Source: an uncultured Chloroflexota bacterium (GTDB taxonomy: Bacteria > Chloroflexota > UBA11872 > VXNJ01). Taken from it: a stretch of 64,000 nt of DNA. The notes below the pieces were generated by a model, which did not search any database, was not told the origin of the DNA, and was given only the letters and a program-made list of their open reading frames with translations. Made by a program: the position numbers and the translations under genes. Of the stretch, positions 47,254 to 57,691 are shown piece after piece. The DNA lies in NCBI GenBank assembly GCA_913043205.1, contig CAJWLF010000014.1, forward strand, positions 226-64,225, in the 5' to 3' direction. Position 1 is the stretch's first letter. Each line of letters starts with the position of its first letter.

Positions 47254-48354
47254 TCAATAAGATTGAAAAAGACGACCCCAGCCTGTATCCATAGCTTGTT
47301 CAATCCGTCGACGACCATAACAGTTGTACCAATACACATCATGGTACAACCTAGATGCAAGAAATGACCACGGAGCAATCACCGTGCGCAAAAGCAATCT
47401 CTCTAGTATCTGCAATGGACCCCAATAAATGAGTTTCTGACCTCTACTAGCAAATGTCTCCGCATTGGATTGGACCTCCCAAGCCACTTTATCTACATCC
47501 ATTCCAATTACATCCACTTCACATAAATCGGCACATCCTAATCCATTTTCATGAGCGATTCGCAAAAATGGGATCGACATAGGATCGAGCCCCATTAACC
47601 GAGCACTCAGTGCATCAACAGCCACTTGATCTGCGCCTGCGATTAGAAGGTTGCGTTCAGAAACCGTCATACATCGTGGACCGGGCCCCGAGCCTGCAAA
47701 AGCCCCGTCCATAACAGCAAATATGCCAGTATGAATTTCCTTTTGTATTGATAGTAAGTCCACCAATGTTTCATGAATCTGCCGGTGGCACCAATGCCTT
47801 TTCTCATACAAGAGACCACCGAATGCATTTTTCATAGCACCTGTAATGGTAGTAAAAACGTGAGTCTTTACAGTAGGAAGATGGATGACATTCGAACCGA
47901 TCAGCCTACTAGGGATACGTATACCATCAGGAAATATTTGATCCAAAACCAGTAGTTTGCCTTTTGGTTCATAGATCACCCATTCAGGATCCTCATACAA
48001 ATGAATATTGGGAATATTATACTTCTGCAATACAGACAGATGCTTGTTTGCTTTTTCCCCTTTTTTTGCTGAAACTACGACAGTGCGATTGTGTGCACCA
48101 TACATCTTCGAATTAGCGAATCCATCATCAAGCAGTGTTCGAATTACCCCTTCAAGCTGCCAGGGAGCTGTCGAGCACGCTGGATACCAATGTTGCCAGG
48201 AGACATTAATCTTCAGTGCAGTCTGCGAACTTCGGTCCAATGCATCAACATAATTAGCATCACGCATAGCCCTGGCATAATCATCTAAAACAGTCGTAGG
48301 GGAACTAGCCCCTAATACAACCAAGGGCTTTCCTGGACAGCCATAGTTAGACAT
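47254..48354 (-). CDS. DUF362 domain protein
   Basis: ALKINVSW ... KTHVFTTITGAMKNAFG are typical DUF362 blocks. Confidence 0.55.
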   Translation of the reverse strand: MSNYGCPGKPLVVLGASSPTTVLDDYARAMRDANYVDALDRSSQTALKINVSWQHWYPACSTAPWQLEGVIRTLLDDGFANSKMYGAHNRTVVVSAKKGEKANKHLSVLQKYNIPNIHLYEDPEWVIYEPKGKLLVLDQIFPDGIRIPSRLIGSNVIHLPTVKTHVFTTITGAMKNAFGGLLYEKRHWCHRQIHETLVDLLSIQKEIHTGIFAVMDGAFAGSGPGPRCMTVSERNLLIAGADQVAVDALSARLMGLDPMSIPFLRIAHENGLGCADLCEVDVIGMDVDKVAWEVQSNAETFASRGQKLIYWGPLQILERLLLRTVIAPWSFLASRLYHDVYWYNCYGRRRIEQAMDTGWGRLFQSY

Positions 48355-48507
48355 TATCAGACTCTGTATCTATGCTACCAACCATCATACGAATAGATGG
48401 TATCAGGCCATTATCGACATAAAGCAATTTAGGTGAGTACAAAATATGGTATTTTTGTTTGTTACCGTACTGTGACACATAGTGTTCACTGTAACTAGCG
48501 CCAAATC

Positions 48508-50253
48508 TTGCAAATGAAAAACCAATCTAATTCTGTTCCGACCAACGCTGTGCCTGGACTGATAACGGCTATTGATTTCGGCCCTCAAGTCCGTGCCAGT
48601 GCTTATGCATTAATAAACGGTAAACGGCGGCTATTAGGGGAAGGTATAGCCCATTACACCGACAACGCCCCAACTTTCGACTCATCAATCGGAATAGACA
48701 ATGCAATACAAAATCTAAAATTTAATTTGTCTGCATTTATGGGGCGTGACGAAGGTGACATTACTGCTGTAAGTGCCGCGACAGGATCGCGTGGAGGCAG
48801 GCCAATACCGGCCTTGTATGCTGGGGACCTCAGTCACAATCAACTAATTGAATTTGAGTCAATATTGCGAGCCCAAGGGTTTGTCATAACAAGCCGTATA
48901 GGAAGTCTCGGATCACGATTTAACACCAAAATAAGTGCAGAACACCTATCTGATGAGATCTGTAAAACCAGACCAAATCTGATTGCCATAGCATTGACAA
49001 AAGACCGAGGTTGGGAAGATTTATCACTAATCATAGAATCATTGCGCTTTATAGTGCTCAACCAATGCGATACATACCGTCCTGTCATAGCAATCTTCTA
49101 CAATGGCAACCCAGATCAGGTGTTATTAAATGCCTTCAAAGGGCTGCTCGAAGTACGCTTTGTTCAACTTTTCGAACAAGATCAAGAACTAGGCTCCGCT
49201 GAGGCCATTTCGTCCCTGAACGATCTCTACCAATCAGTATCAATTCACAACTGGATGAGGGAGGACAAACCTGAAAATATCCACGGAGCTCCCATAGTCC
49301 CGATAAACGTATCCCTTGGAATATCAACGTTGAACCTATCACAAAAGCTCGATCTATCTGTCACTTCTATTCATTCGGACCCAGCCGGAGTCTGCATAGC
49401 TTGTGCTAGGGAAGGCAGCGTTAATACCGCTATATTTGGGTATTTTTTCAACGGAGATTGTATAGAATCCGTATCATCACTAATCCCAATAGACGAAATA
49501 TTGGAATGGCTCCCTTTATCGATTGATCCTTCTGACGCCCTATCATATTTCGCCAATAAATCAGCCCGTCCATGGACCGAACCAGAATCAAACAGTGAAC
49601 TTTTACTAGATCATGCTTCCACTCAATTTGCCATAACAAAAGCATCACAGACTATTGTCGAAGAAGATTTTCGAACAGATTTGATTGTATGCACTGGTAG
49701 CACATTCACCAATATTGGACGCCCGTTGCAGGCAGCTATCGTTGCTCTAAATGGACTGCTCCCATCAGGTTTTTCTCAGTTTGCTGTAGACCGCAGCAAC
49801 ACATTTGCTGCCATAGGAGGATTAGCTGCAGCAGGATACGAAATCGATCCTGAGGACAATTTGGTTCATGTAGCTACAAGTCTGGGAGTTCGTGGCTTAG
49901 ACAAAATCGGCAAACAGGCTCTTGCTGTCGAACTCACTACAAATCATGGGGAACGCATAGCCCGTAATATCAGTTTCGGTTCTGTAGATAGAATTGCGTG
50001 GCCAAATAGTAGTGCAGGAAAGATAAAGGTATGGCCAGCAGGTCGCCTAGACATTGGAGCCGGACGGGGCCAGGCAGTCGAGTTGAAACCCAAAATACAT
50101 TCGGGTTCTGGTGGCTTTATAGTCGATGCAAGAGGAAGACCATTGTCGTTCCCTAAAGAACCGTTAAAAAAGAAGGCTGCCATATTACAGTGGCTACAAG
50201 GGTCAGGTGCATACGCCCTTGGATCAAGAAACACCGCAATCACTCGTGAATAA
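48508..50253 (+). CDS. Hypothetical 581 aa protein with an N-terminal ASKHA (actin-like ATPase)-type phosphate-1-like motif
   Basis: ITAIDFGPQVRASAYAL resembles the hhhhDhGxxxxR motif of the sugar-kinase/actin fold. No firm family can be assigned. Confidence 0.45.
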   Translation: MQMKNQSNSVPTNAVPGLITAIDFGPQVRASAYALINGKRRLLGEGIAHYTDNAPTFDSSIGIDNAIQNLKFNLSAFMGRDEGDITAVSAATGSRGGRPIPALYAGDLSHNQLIEFESILRAQGFVITSRIGSLGSRFNTKISAEHLSDEICKTRPNLIAIALTKDRGWEDLSLIIESLRFIVLNQCDTYRPVIAIFYNGNPDQVLLNAFKGLLEVRFVQLFEQDQELGSAEAISSLNDLYQSVSIHNWMREDKPENIHGAPIVPINVSLGISTLNLSQKLDLSVTSIHSDPAGVCIACAREGSVNTAIFGYFFNGDCIESVSSLIPIDEILEWLPLSIDPSDALSYFANKSARPWTEPESNSELLLDHASTQFAITKASQTIVEEDFRTDLIVCTGSTFTNIGRPLQAAIVALNGLLPSGFSQFAVDRSNTFAAIGGLAAAGYEIDPEDNLVHVATSLGVRGLDKIGKQALAVELTTNHGERIARNISFGSVDRIAWPNSSAGKIKVWPAGRLDIGAGRGQAVELKPKIHSGSGGFIVDARGRPLSFPKEPLKKKAAILQWLQGSGAYALGSRNTAITRE

Positions 50254-51304
50254 CAACTATATACGCGCCTCAGTCGTAACCGGGAAAATACGTCGCATCC
50301 ATACGTTGACAAGGCAAGGAAGAATAATTGCAAGAATGGGAGAGTCAGTACCGGCAGGGGATATCGTAGGGAATTATGAATCAAAAGGCAGAGTTGTATC
50401 ACTAAACGTAAGCTCCCTAACCAAAACCCCTCCATCAAAGATATTGGGAACACTGCAAATTGCAGTGGATGAGCACGTTGGACCCGGAACAATACTGGCT
50501 AAGGGACCATCTAGATTGTTAGGGAATCCCCAATGGGAAGCCCCTTTTGCAGGATCAATTTGCCACGCTTCAAGCCTATCTGGGCACGCATATTTCAGAG
50601 AATCGACAGATGTAAACAAATTGGCTGCTGTGGTATCAGGCGAAGTAGTCCAGTTACAAGAAGGAAAATCCGCCACTATAGAAGGCTACGGAACGTGTAT
50701 TAATTGTCCAATCGGAAACAACGGGATAGCTATAGGAACGCTATTTGTAGTCCCTGAACAAAGCAAATTCGACCCATCACTGTATATCGAGGAAACCCCC
50801 TTAATATTGGCAACTACAGAATCCGTGACATACGATTGGATAGATTCCTTATCAGGAACTCAGATAGCGGCGGTCATTGCCCCATCCATGCCTGTTGCTC
50901 AAGACTCTACCCACAGCCATCCTCGTAGATTTATAACCAGCCAAAAAATCCCTATCGTATTAACCGAGGGAGTAGGCACAGCGCTAATGCCAAGTTCACT
51001 TCAAGGTCTATTCCGTTCGCACGAAGGTAAATTGGCCACTGTTGTTGCCTCAATCTTACCAGGGCAATCGGAAGTGATACTGGACAAACATATTGTTCAT
51101 AAAAACAGTCATAGCTCGTATAAAGCGACTTCCAGTAGCTTGTTAGGAGCAGAAATTGTTCCAAGGTCTGAAGCTTTAGTACACAGCCGAAATGGAGCTG
51201 GTATATACACCACCGTAGTGGAAATTGGCACTAGAGAGGGAAGCGGTTTATGGATAAACTCCAACAACATAGAATCTATGCCCACTCACTCAGAAGCAAC
51301 ATAA
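50207..51304 (+). CDS. Hypothetical protein. It overlaps and is probably co-transcribed with the upstream 581 aa gene.
   Basis: 365 aa ORF. The real start may be the internal Met (MGESVPAGDIV, about 50334). No recognised domain. Confidence 0.4.
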   Translation: MHTPLDQETPQSLVNNNYIRASVVTGKIRRIHTLTRQGRIIARMGESVPAGDIVGNYESKGRVVSLNVSSLTKTPPSKILGTLQIAVDEHVGPGTILAKGPSRLLGNPQWEAPFAGSICHASSLSGHAYFRESTDVNKLAAVVSGEVVQLQEGKSATIEGYGTCINCPIGNNGIAIGTLFVVPEQSKFDPSLYIEETPLILATTESVTYDWIDSLSGTQIAAVIAPSMPVAQDSTHSHPRRFITSQKIPIVLTEGVGTALMPSSLQGLFRSHEGKLATVVASILPGQSEVILDKHIVHKNSHSSYKATSSSLLGAEIVPRSEALVHSRNGAGIYTTVVEIGTREGSGLWINSNNIESMPTHSEAT

Positions 51305-51315
51305 TACGTACTTTA

Positions 51316-52974
51316 TCAACGTCTCATTTCATCTGGAGCGTCAATCCCCATTAACGAGAGACAATTTGCTAGCACTTGTCGCACTGCACCCACAACTTCC
51401 AACCGATCCCTAGTAATTTGTTGATTTTCGGAAATCACCTTACAGGAATGATAGTAAGAGTTAAAGGCTCCAGCGAGCTCAAGCGCAAAATGTGGCAGAT
51501 GATGAGGTTCCAGGTCTCGTGCACAAGCATTCACGATGTCTGGAAATCGAACCATTATACGTATCAAATCTATATCCGCAGATTGCAGGGATCCAAGCTC
51601 AGCACTCTGATTTAATAATCCTTCTTGTTCCGCACGGCGCAATATACTCACGATACGTGCATGCGCGTATCGAATTTTATGTACGGGATTATCATCAGTC
51701 TGATTACGAGCTAGATCGATATCAAATTCCATTTGGCTGTTGGCGTCGCGTGCTAGCATGAAATACCGAGTAGCTTCCGGGCCAACATCGGCGACAAGCT
51801 CAGATAACAACTCAAATTCCCCACTTCGTTTGCTCTGCTTAATCGGCTGTCCATCTACTACGACATGGACCATTTGGCACAAGACATATTGGAGAGCAGA
51901 TGCTTCAACCCCTAAAGCTTCAAGTGCAGAGTGCATGCGCGGTACATGCCCATGGTGATCCGCCCCCATCACATCTATCACTCTCATAAATCCCCTATTC
52001 TGAAACTTGTCTTGATGGTAAGCGATATCTGCAACCAAATATGTGGGGTCCCCAGTACGTTTGACCAGTACATTTCCACCATCATCATCACGACCAGCAG
52101 CGGTAAACCATGTCGCCCCTTCCCGACGGACAACATACCCACTACTATCCAATCTACTTATAACTTCATCAATAGCACCGGCATTATGTAGCTGTCGCTC
52201 AAAAAACCAATTATCAAAAGAGATATCCATTTCAGACAATACATCTCTGATCGATTTCAGAGCTATCTCTATTCCGTGCTCTACAAAAATAATGGTTTGT
52301 TCATCTGCAGAGAGGTCGACATATTTATCAGCATGATCTCGAATTATCTCGCCTGCCCACTCCCGAACATACTCACCCTGGTAACCTGCAGAAGGCATTG
52401 GCACATCAATACCAAAAGCGGCCAAATAATGGTGCCTCAGACTCTGGCCTAACAAGTCCACCTGGTTGCCAGTATCATTTACATAATATTCACGCTGAAC
52501 CTCATAACCTGAGGCCAACATTATGCGAGAAATCACGTCTCCCAATATCGCACTACGCCCATGCCCAACAGTGAGGGGGCCAGTAGGATTAACACTCACA
52601 AATTCAACCTGAACTTTTGTCCGATCGCCCAAATTGGAGCCACCAAATGAATCTCCATTTTGGGCGATCACATCCAACTGTGATGTAAGCCAGACGTCAG
52701 ACAATCGCATGTTGATAAATCCTGGCCCAGCCACATCGATAGATGCGATCATTTCTGATTTTGGAGCTGAAACAATTATTGCATTGGCTATGTCAATAGG
52801 TGACGATCCGGCAGCTCTAGCAAGACGTAGAGGCAACGTACTGGAATAGTCAGCTTCGGGCACCCTAGATTTCTCAATCCCAAGGTCTATCTGATCTATT
52901 TCTGGCAGCAATCCTCTACTCTGCGCTTCTCTCAACGCAATACGCAAGTATTCTTCAATTTTACGAGTAATCAT
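51316..52974 (-). CDS. argS: Arginyl-tRNA synthetase
   Basis: HIGH-region SVNPTGPLTVGHGR and the ArgRS N-terminal domain. 552 aa. Confidence 0.9.
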   Translation of the reverse strand: MITRKIEEYLRIALREAQSRGLLPEIDQIDLGIEKSRVPEADYSSTLPLRLARAAGSSPIDIANAIIVSAPKSEMIASIDVAGPGFINMRLSDVWLTSQLDVIAQNGDSFGGSNLGDRTKVQVEFVSVNPTGPLTVGHGRSAILGDVISRIMLASGYEVQREYYVNDTGNQVDLLGQSLRHHYLAAFGIDVPMPSAGYQGEYVREWAGEIIRDHADKYVDLSADEQTIIFVEHGIEIALKSIRDVLSEMDISFDNWFFERQLHNAGAIDEVISRLDSSGYVVRREGATWFTAAGRDDDGGNVLVKRTGDPTYLVADIAYHQDKFQNRGFMRVIDVMGADHHGHVPRMHSALEALGVEASALQYVLCQMVHVVVDGQPIKQSKRSGEFELLSELVADVGPEATRYFMLARDANSQMEFDIDLARNQTDDNPVHKIRYAHARIVSILRRAEQEGLLNQSAELGSLQSADIDLIRIMVRFPDIVNACARDLEPHHLPHFALELAGAFNSYYHSCKVISENQQITRDRLEVVGAVRQVLANCLSLMGIDAPDEMRR

Positions 52975-53380
52975 TGTCTAAACCAGCCCGTATTGAACCA
53001 TTTCAGAGCAAAAATCATATAGTCATCCCCAAATCAATGCAGCTGTTCCATTGTAGAAGAGTAATTCGCCAAATCTCGAATTCTGATGATACCGTGATCA
53101 ATTCTATTCTGATTCGCAATTTACCCCTTTCAATACAATTTGGCTGGCTAGATTAAGAGACACAGATGAGCAGATCCTGGTTGATTTTAAGCTCTGCCCT
53201 AATTTAACAGTCTTACGTCTGCATCCAATTCACACCACCAAACATATCCATATCCAATGGTATCCTTGTTTCATTCCATGATCGGTCATGTTGAACATTT
53301 GGCAATTAGAACTCATATTAGGTAGCAACAAGCCATCCAACACTGCCCACTGCCCACAATTTCAAAGCAAGGGAAATTGT

Positions 53381-53893
53381 ATGAAGTCTAAATTTGAAGA
53401 CAACACCTTAAGTTCGGGGACTGTTTATCAACTTAACGTTAAACCAAGGCTTAAAGGCGAGCGAGGAATTCCTAAGTACAAGACAGACACCTTGTTCGTT
53501 TCCCATACAGGCGCGAATAGAGACTACAACCATCACCGGAGTACTAAAGACGACAACAATCTCAACAAGGCCCTACTACTACTACCTATTGAAACAATCG
53601 AATCGTTGCGTTCAGAAAGCTGGCCCGTAGAACCCGGCGATTTAGGAGAAAACATAACTACGTCAGGCATCCGGTATTCGGAATTTAAGGTCGGCCTCAA
53701 ATTCAAAGCTGGGTCTGTCACATTCCAAATATCTGAAGAGAACACCCCGTGCACCGTACTCCACAACCTGCACTATGTGGGTAAGGATAAGGTCAATAGA
53801 TTTGTCCGTACCATGATGGGAAGACGCGGATGGTACGCCTCCGTTATTGAAACTGGTGAAATCCAAGTGGGCGACTCTATTCACATACTATAG
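53381..53893 (+). CDS. MOSC domain-containing protein (YiiM-like)
   Basis: MOSC-like PGDLGENITTSGI...G block. The start is moved to MKSKFEDN. Confidence 0.7.
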   Translation: MKSKFEDNTLSSGTVYQLNVKPRLKGERGIPKYKTDTLFVSHTGANRDYNHHRSTKDDNNLNKALLLLPIETIESLRSESWPVEPGDLGENITTSGIRYSEFKVGLKFKAGSVTFQISEENTPCTVLHNLHYVGKDKVNRFVRTMMGRRGWYASVIETGEIQVGDSIHIL

Positions 53894-53974
53894 GTAAATT
53901 ACCTCGCCTTTACCTTACTTTAGTAGTAAAAACAGCATATTTAGTACGGTGAAGGTAGCGCGGACACTATGACC

Positions 53975-54820
53975 TCAACCTTGTATTACGGGAAGCACTT
54001 CAAGAACTTCGTTTAAGGAGCCAGATCGGTATCCTTCTACGTCGATTGTGACAAATTTGTAACCACATTCCTTGAGCGCAGAACATATTCTGCCATTTCG
54101 TCCATTAGAAAAGAATCGCTCAAACTCTGTAGGGGCTAGCTCTATTCGAGCCACTTCACCATGGTGACGCACTCTGAATTCACGAAAACCTTCACTCCTG
54201 ACAAAGGCCTCCGCAGCCTCTATCTGACTTAGTTTGTCTTCCGTGATGTACTCTCCATACGCAACACGAGACGACAAGCAAGGAGCAGCCGGCTTATCCC
54301 AACTAGACAAACCAAAATATCTAGATAAAACCCGTATTTCCGATTTAGACAAACCAGCATCAATCATGGGCGCTTTTGCACCGGCAATTGTCGCCGCCTT
54401 CATCCCAGGTCTATAATCACCGAGATCATCAATCACAGGCCCGTACACCAATTCCTTAAAACCCGGATATTGCTTACGAAATTCGTCCAGATTTACAAAC
54501 AACTCATTCTTACAGTGGAAACAACGGTTAGAGTCGTTAACCCTGTATTCCTCGTTATCCACCTCTGAAGTATTAACAAACTCATGTCTTATACCGATTT
54601 CTTCAGCGAATCGAACGCCATCCTGACGGTCTTTTTTAGACAAACTAGGGGATACAGCTGTCACCGCCACAGATCGATTACCGAGCACTTTATAAGCCGC
54701 AAACGCTAAAAAGGTGCTGTCGACCCCTCCTGAATAAGCCACTATCACACTGCCCATTCGCTCTAGAGTTTCACAAAGAATCTCAAATTTTCCCGATAGA
54801 TCTGGGTTTAAATTAGTCAT
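53975..54820 (-). CDS. larE: PP-loop ATP pyrophosphatase of the LarE / TIGR00268 family (ATP-dependent sacrificial sulfur transferase-like)
   Basis: PP-loop SGGVDST. The conserved cysteine region is PAAPCLSSR. Confidence 0.7.
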   Translation of the reverse strand: MTNLNPDLSGKFEILCETLERMGSVIVAYSGGVDSTFLAFAAYKVLGNRSVAVTAVSPSLSKKDRQDGVRFAEEIGIRHEFVNTSEVDNEEYRVNDSNRCFHCKNELFVNLDEFRKQYPGFKELVYGPVIDDLGDYRPGMKAATIAGAKAPMIDAGLSKSEIRVLSRYFGLSSWDKPAAPCLSSRVAYGEYITEDKLSQIEAAEAFVRSEGFREFRVRHHGEVARIELAPTEFERFFSNGRNGRICSALKECGYKFVTIDVEGYRSGSLNEVLEVLPVIQG

Positions 54821-54905
54821 TTTCTCATCGTATCAATTGGTATATTGCAGAATACCGCCAAACATCACTGCCAAGATTGTAACCGCAATTCATGTTATTT
54901 AACCT

Positions 54906-55307
54906 CTATACAAAACAAAGCTGTTCTTCCTCATATTCACCATTCCCAATACTGAACAGTCTTATCTCTGGATCATTCATGTCCTCTAGCGACACTATCA
55001 TCATAAGCACTAAACCAATCTTCACTTCACGTATATCGGTTGCAGATGGAATCGCCTCACTATTTGGATGCGAATGAAAAAACCCAATATCATCCAAGCC
55101 ACCTTCGTATATCTGCGCAAAAGCTTGATATTCCTCAGCCGGATCCATTCGATACAACACCGGACTGCTCTCAAGATTTTTCACAGGGAAAATACGTGTC
55201 ACTTCCTCTCCTGAATCGCCTGCTAATACGCCACAAGCCTCGTTCGGCAATACCGATTTGCAGTATGCAATTATTTCATCAGCAAGCTCACGTGAAATCG
55301 ATAGCAA
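54906..55307 (-). CDS. Mov34/MPN/JAMM-family metalloprotease (Mec+-like)
   Basis: JAMM motif E...HSHPNSEAIPSATD. Confidence 0.8.
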   Translation of the reverse strand: MLSISRELADEIIAYCKSVLPNEACGVLAGDSGEEVTRIFPVKNLESSPVLYRMDPAEEYQAFAQIYEGGLDDIGFFHSHPNSEAIPSATDIREVKIGLVLMMIVSLEDMNDPEIRLFSIGNGEYEEEQLCFV

Positions 55308-55349
55308 TTCACTTCCATCCCTTCAATCATAACGACCCCTAAGAAAAAG

Positions 55350-55378
55350 GTAGCAGTCTTACCCATTCGACTGCTAAA
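55350..55378. promoter_or_regulatory. CIRCE-like inverted repeat (TAGCAGTC-N10-GACTGCTAA) upstream of groEL
   Basis: Perfect 8 bp inverted repeat resembling the HrcA operator consensus TTAGCACTC-N9-GAGTGCTAA. It lies about 160 bp upstream of the groEL start. Confidence 0.4.
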
Positions 55379-55536
55379 ATGCTGGCCGGCCCGCAGTCTA
55401 AAGCTGGAGCCTTTGGGGTGGTAGTGCATTATGCCACGTTGTGTAAGCAGCGAACAGAGTGCAGCCGCCTTAGGAATTAAACAATTTAGTGAACAACATG
55501 ATGTTTGCGCACGAGCGCACCACATGAGGAGCTGAA

Positions 55537-57177
55537 ATGGCAAAGCAGGTAGCGCTTGACGCCGATGCACGCGGCAAACTTATTGAAGGTATCGACACTG
55601 TTGCAAATGCAGTGAAAACCACTTTGGGTCCCAAAGGACGCAATGTGGCGTTAGGGAAAAAATACGGTGGACCCACAGTAACCCACGATGGTGTTACTGT
55701 GGCCAAAGAGATTGAACTAGAGGAACCTTTTGCGAATATGGGGGCCCAGTTAATCAAAGAGGCAGCCAGCAAGACCAATGATATTGCGGGTGACGGTACC
55801 ACTACAGCCACAGTACTCGCCCAATCCATATTAAAAGAGGGGCTGAAGAACGTGGCTGCTGGAGCCAACCCAATGATTGTGAAAAGAGGCATCCAGCAAG
55901 GCGTAGACGCTTTGGTTGATGACCTGAAAGGGCAGGCTCGCCAGATAAAAACCAAAGAAGAAATTGCCCAGATCGCCGCTATATCAGCTGCTGACGTAGA
56001 AATAGGCGACATGATCGCAAAGGTCATGGATAAGGTAGGGAAAGATGGTGTTATCACGGTCGAAGAATCCAAAGGGATCGAACTTGAAGACGCCTACGTA
56101 GAAGGAATGCAGTTTGACCGAGGCTATCTTTCCCCATATTTTGTGACTGACCAAGAACGCATGGAAGCTTCGATCGAAGACCCGTACGTGTTAATTACAG
56201 ACGGTAAGATTTCTGCAGTAGCAGACATACTGCCAACCCTCGAGAAAGTCACGCAAGCCGGCAAGAAAGAGTTTGTTGTAATAGCCGAGGACATAGAAGG
56301 TGAAGCTCTAGCCACCTTAGTTGTTAACAAACTTAGAGGGGTCCTCAACTGCTTGGCAGTAAAGGCCCCCGGTTACGGCGACCGACGAAAAGAGATGCTC
56401 CAAGATGTGGCGATTATTACAGGGGGAACGGTTATCTCTGAAGATATGGGCCGTAAACTAGACAGCGTCATCTTAGAAGATCTTGGACAGTCAAGAAGAG
56501 TAGTCGCAACCAAGGATGACACCACTATAGTGGAAGGATCTGGTACGGAAGCCGCTCGTCAGGGTCGTATCAGTCAGCTCGACGGGCAAATACGAGAAGC
56601 TACATCCGATTATGATCGTGAAAAGCTAGAGGAACGAAAAGCCAAATTGTCTGGTGGTGTGGCGATCATCAGAGTTGGTGCAGCAACGGAGACAGAACAG
56701 AAAGAAAAGCAACACCGGGTCGAAGATGCAATATCGGCTACCCAGGCAGCACTTGAAGAAGGTATTGTTGCCGGAGGTGGAGTAGCATTAGTAAATGCAG
56801 TTTCTGCCCTGGATGGTGTAGATGTCTCTGGGGATGAAGCTGCAGGACTACGCGCACTCAGAAGGGCTCTTGTAGAGCCTTTGAGCCACATATCTGAAAA
56901 TGCCGGATATGATGGTGGAGTAGTGGTACAAGAAGTACTTCGCCGACATGAATCAGAAGACAATGATTTTATTGGATTTAATGTGATGTCCGAAGACTAT
57001 GTCGACATGGTTCAAGCCGGAATCATCGACCCACTTAAGGTAACTAGATCGGCCCTAGAAAATGCTGCTTCAATAGCTAGCATGATCTTAACCACAGAAG
57101 CACTGATAGCAGATATCCCAGAGGAAGCTGATGCAGCAGCAGCAGCAGCAGCAGCTGGCGCTGGGATGGGTTATTAG
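55537..57177 (+). CDS. groL: Chaperonin GroEL (Cpn60)
   Basis: [39 protein letters not shown]... with a C-terminal [12 protein letters not shown] tail. No groES lies immediately upstream. Confidence 0.95.
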   Translation: MAKQVALDADARGKLIEGIDTVANAVKTTLGPKGRNVALGKKYGGPTVTHDGVTVAKEIELEEPFANMGAQLIKEAASKTNDIAGDGTTTATVLAQSILKEGLKNVAAGANPMIVKRGIQQGVDALVDDLKGQARQIKTKEEIAQIAAISAADVEIGDMIAKVMDKVGKDGVITVEESKGIELEDAYVEGMQFDRGYLSPYFVTDQERMEASIEDPYVLITDGKISAVADILPTLEKVTQAGKKEFVVIAEDIEGEALATLVVNKLRGVLNCLAVKAPGYGDRRKEMLQDVAIITGGTVISEDMGRKLDSVILEDLGQSRRVVATKDDTTIVEGSGTEAARQGRISQLDGQIREATSDYDREKLEERKAKLSGGVAIIRVGAATETEQKEKQHRVEDAISATQAALEEGIVAGGGVALVNAVSALDGVDVSGDEAAGLRALRRALVEPLSHISENAGYDGGVVVQEVLRRHESEDNDFIGFNVMSEDYVDMVQAGIIDPLKVTRSALENAASIASMILTTEALIADIPEEADAAAAAAAAGAGMGY

Positions 57178-57224
57178 GCGGAGAGATACACCAATCCTAT
57201 AAAGTCTCGCTGCTAAGTAGCAAT

Positions 57225-57262
57225 AACAGGCAGCATCCGACACCCGTCGGATGCTGCCTGTT
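57225..57262. terminator. Strong bidirectional Rho-independent-type terminator hairpin
   Basis: Perfect 17 bp inverted repeat AACAGGCAGCATCCGAC-ACCC-GTCGGATGCTGCCTGTT followed by TTGTC. It lies between the convergent groEL and darA-like genes. Confidence 0.7.
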
Positions 57263-57326
57263 TGTCATCAAACACGGATTAGACAACACAGATACAGAGA
57301 GCTCACATCATCAGCAAACTATTGTC

Positions 57327-57611
57327 TTAAACCCTGGTAAATCGCGAAACTGGCAACACAAACACTGCGGATCCAGAGTCTGATTCTTCATCCGGACGCA
57401 CGTACGATTTTATTTTTTCGATAATTTGGTCAACTTGATCTGCTCGGGCCCCTATCAACACAGTGACATTACCACGCTTCAAAAAACCACCCGCTGAGTT
57501 AATACGCGTAACACGGAAACCATCTTCCAAAAGTGATGCCTCAACTGCATTTGCAGAACTATTAGGCACCACTGCCAAAACAAGCTTTTCATTCTCTGTG
57601 ATTTCAGTCAC
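57327..57611 (-). CDS. PII-like cyclic-di-AMP receptor family protein (DarA/PstA, DUF970)
   Basis: LVLAVVPNSSANAVEASLLEDGFRVTRINSAGGFLKRGNVTVLIGARADQVDQIIEKIK matches the DarA/YaaQ pattern. Confidence 0.6.
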   Translation of the reverse strand: MTEITENEKLVLAVVPNSSANAVEASLLEDGFRVTRINSAGGFLKRGNVTVLIGARADQVDQIIEKIKSYVRPDEESDSGSAVFVLPVSRFTRV

Positions 57612-57691
57612 CAGGATCCTCGTTTACCATTTCCTATGCATACGCACGGTATCACCGCTAATTTTGAAAGGTCAAGAATAGTCAATAAATG

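Noticed and set aside
57130-57177. GCAGCAGCAGCA simple repeat
   Set aside because: It encodes the normal Ala/Gly/Met-rich C-terminal tail of GroEL and is not an independent repeat element.
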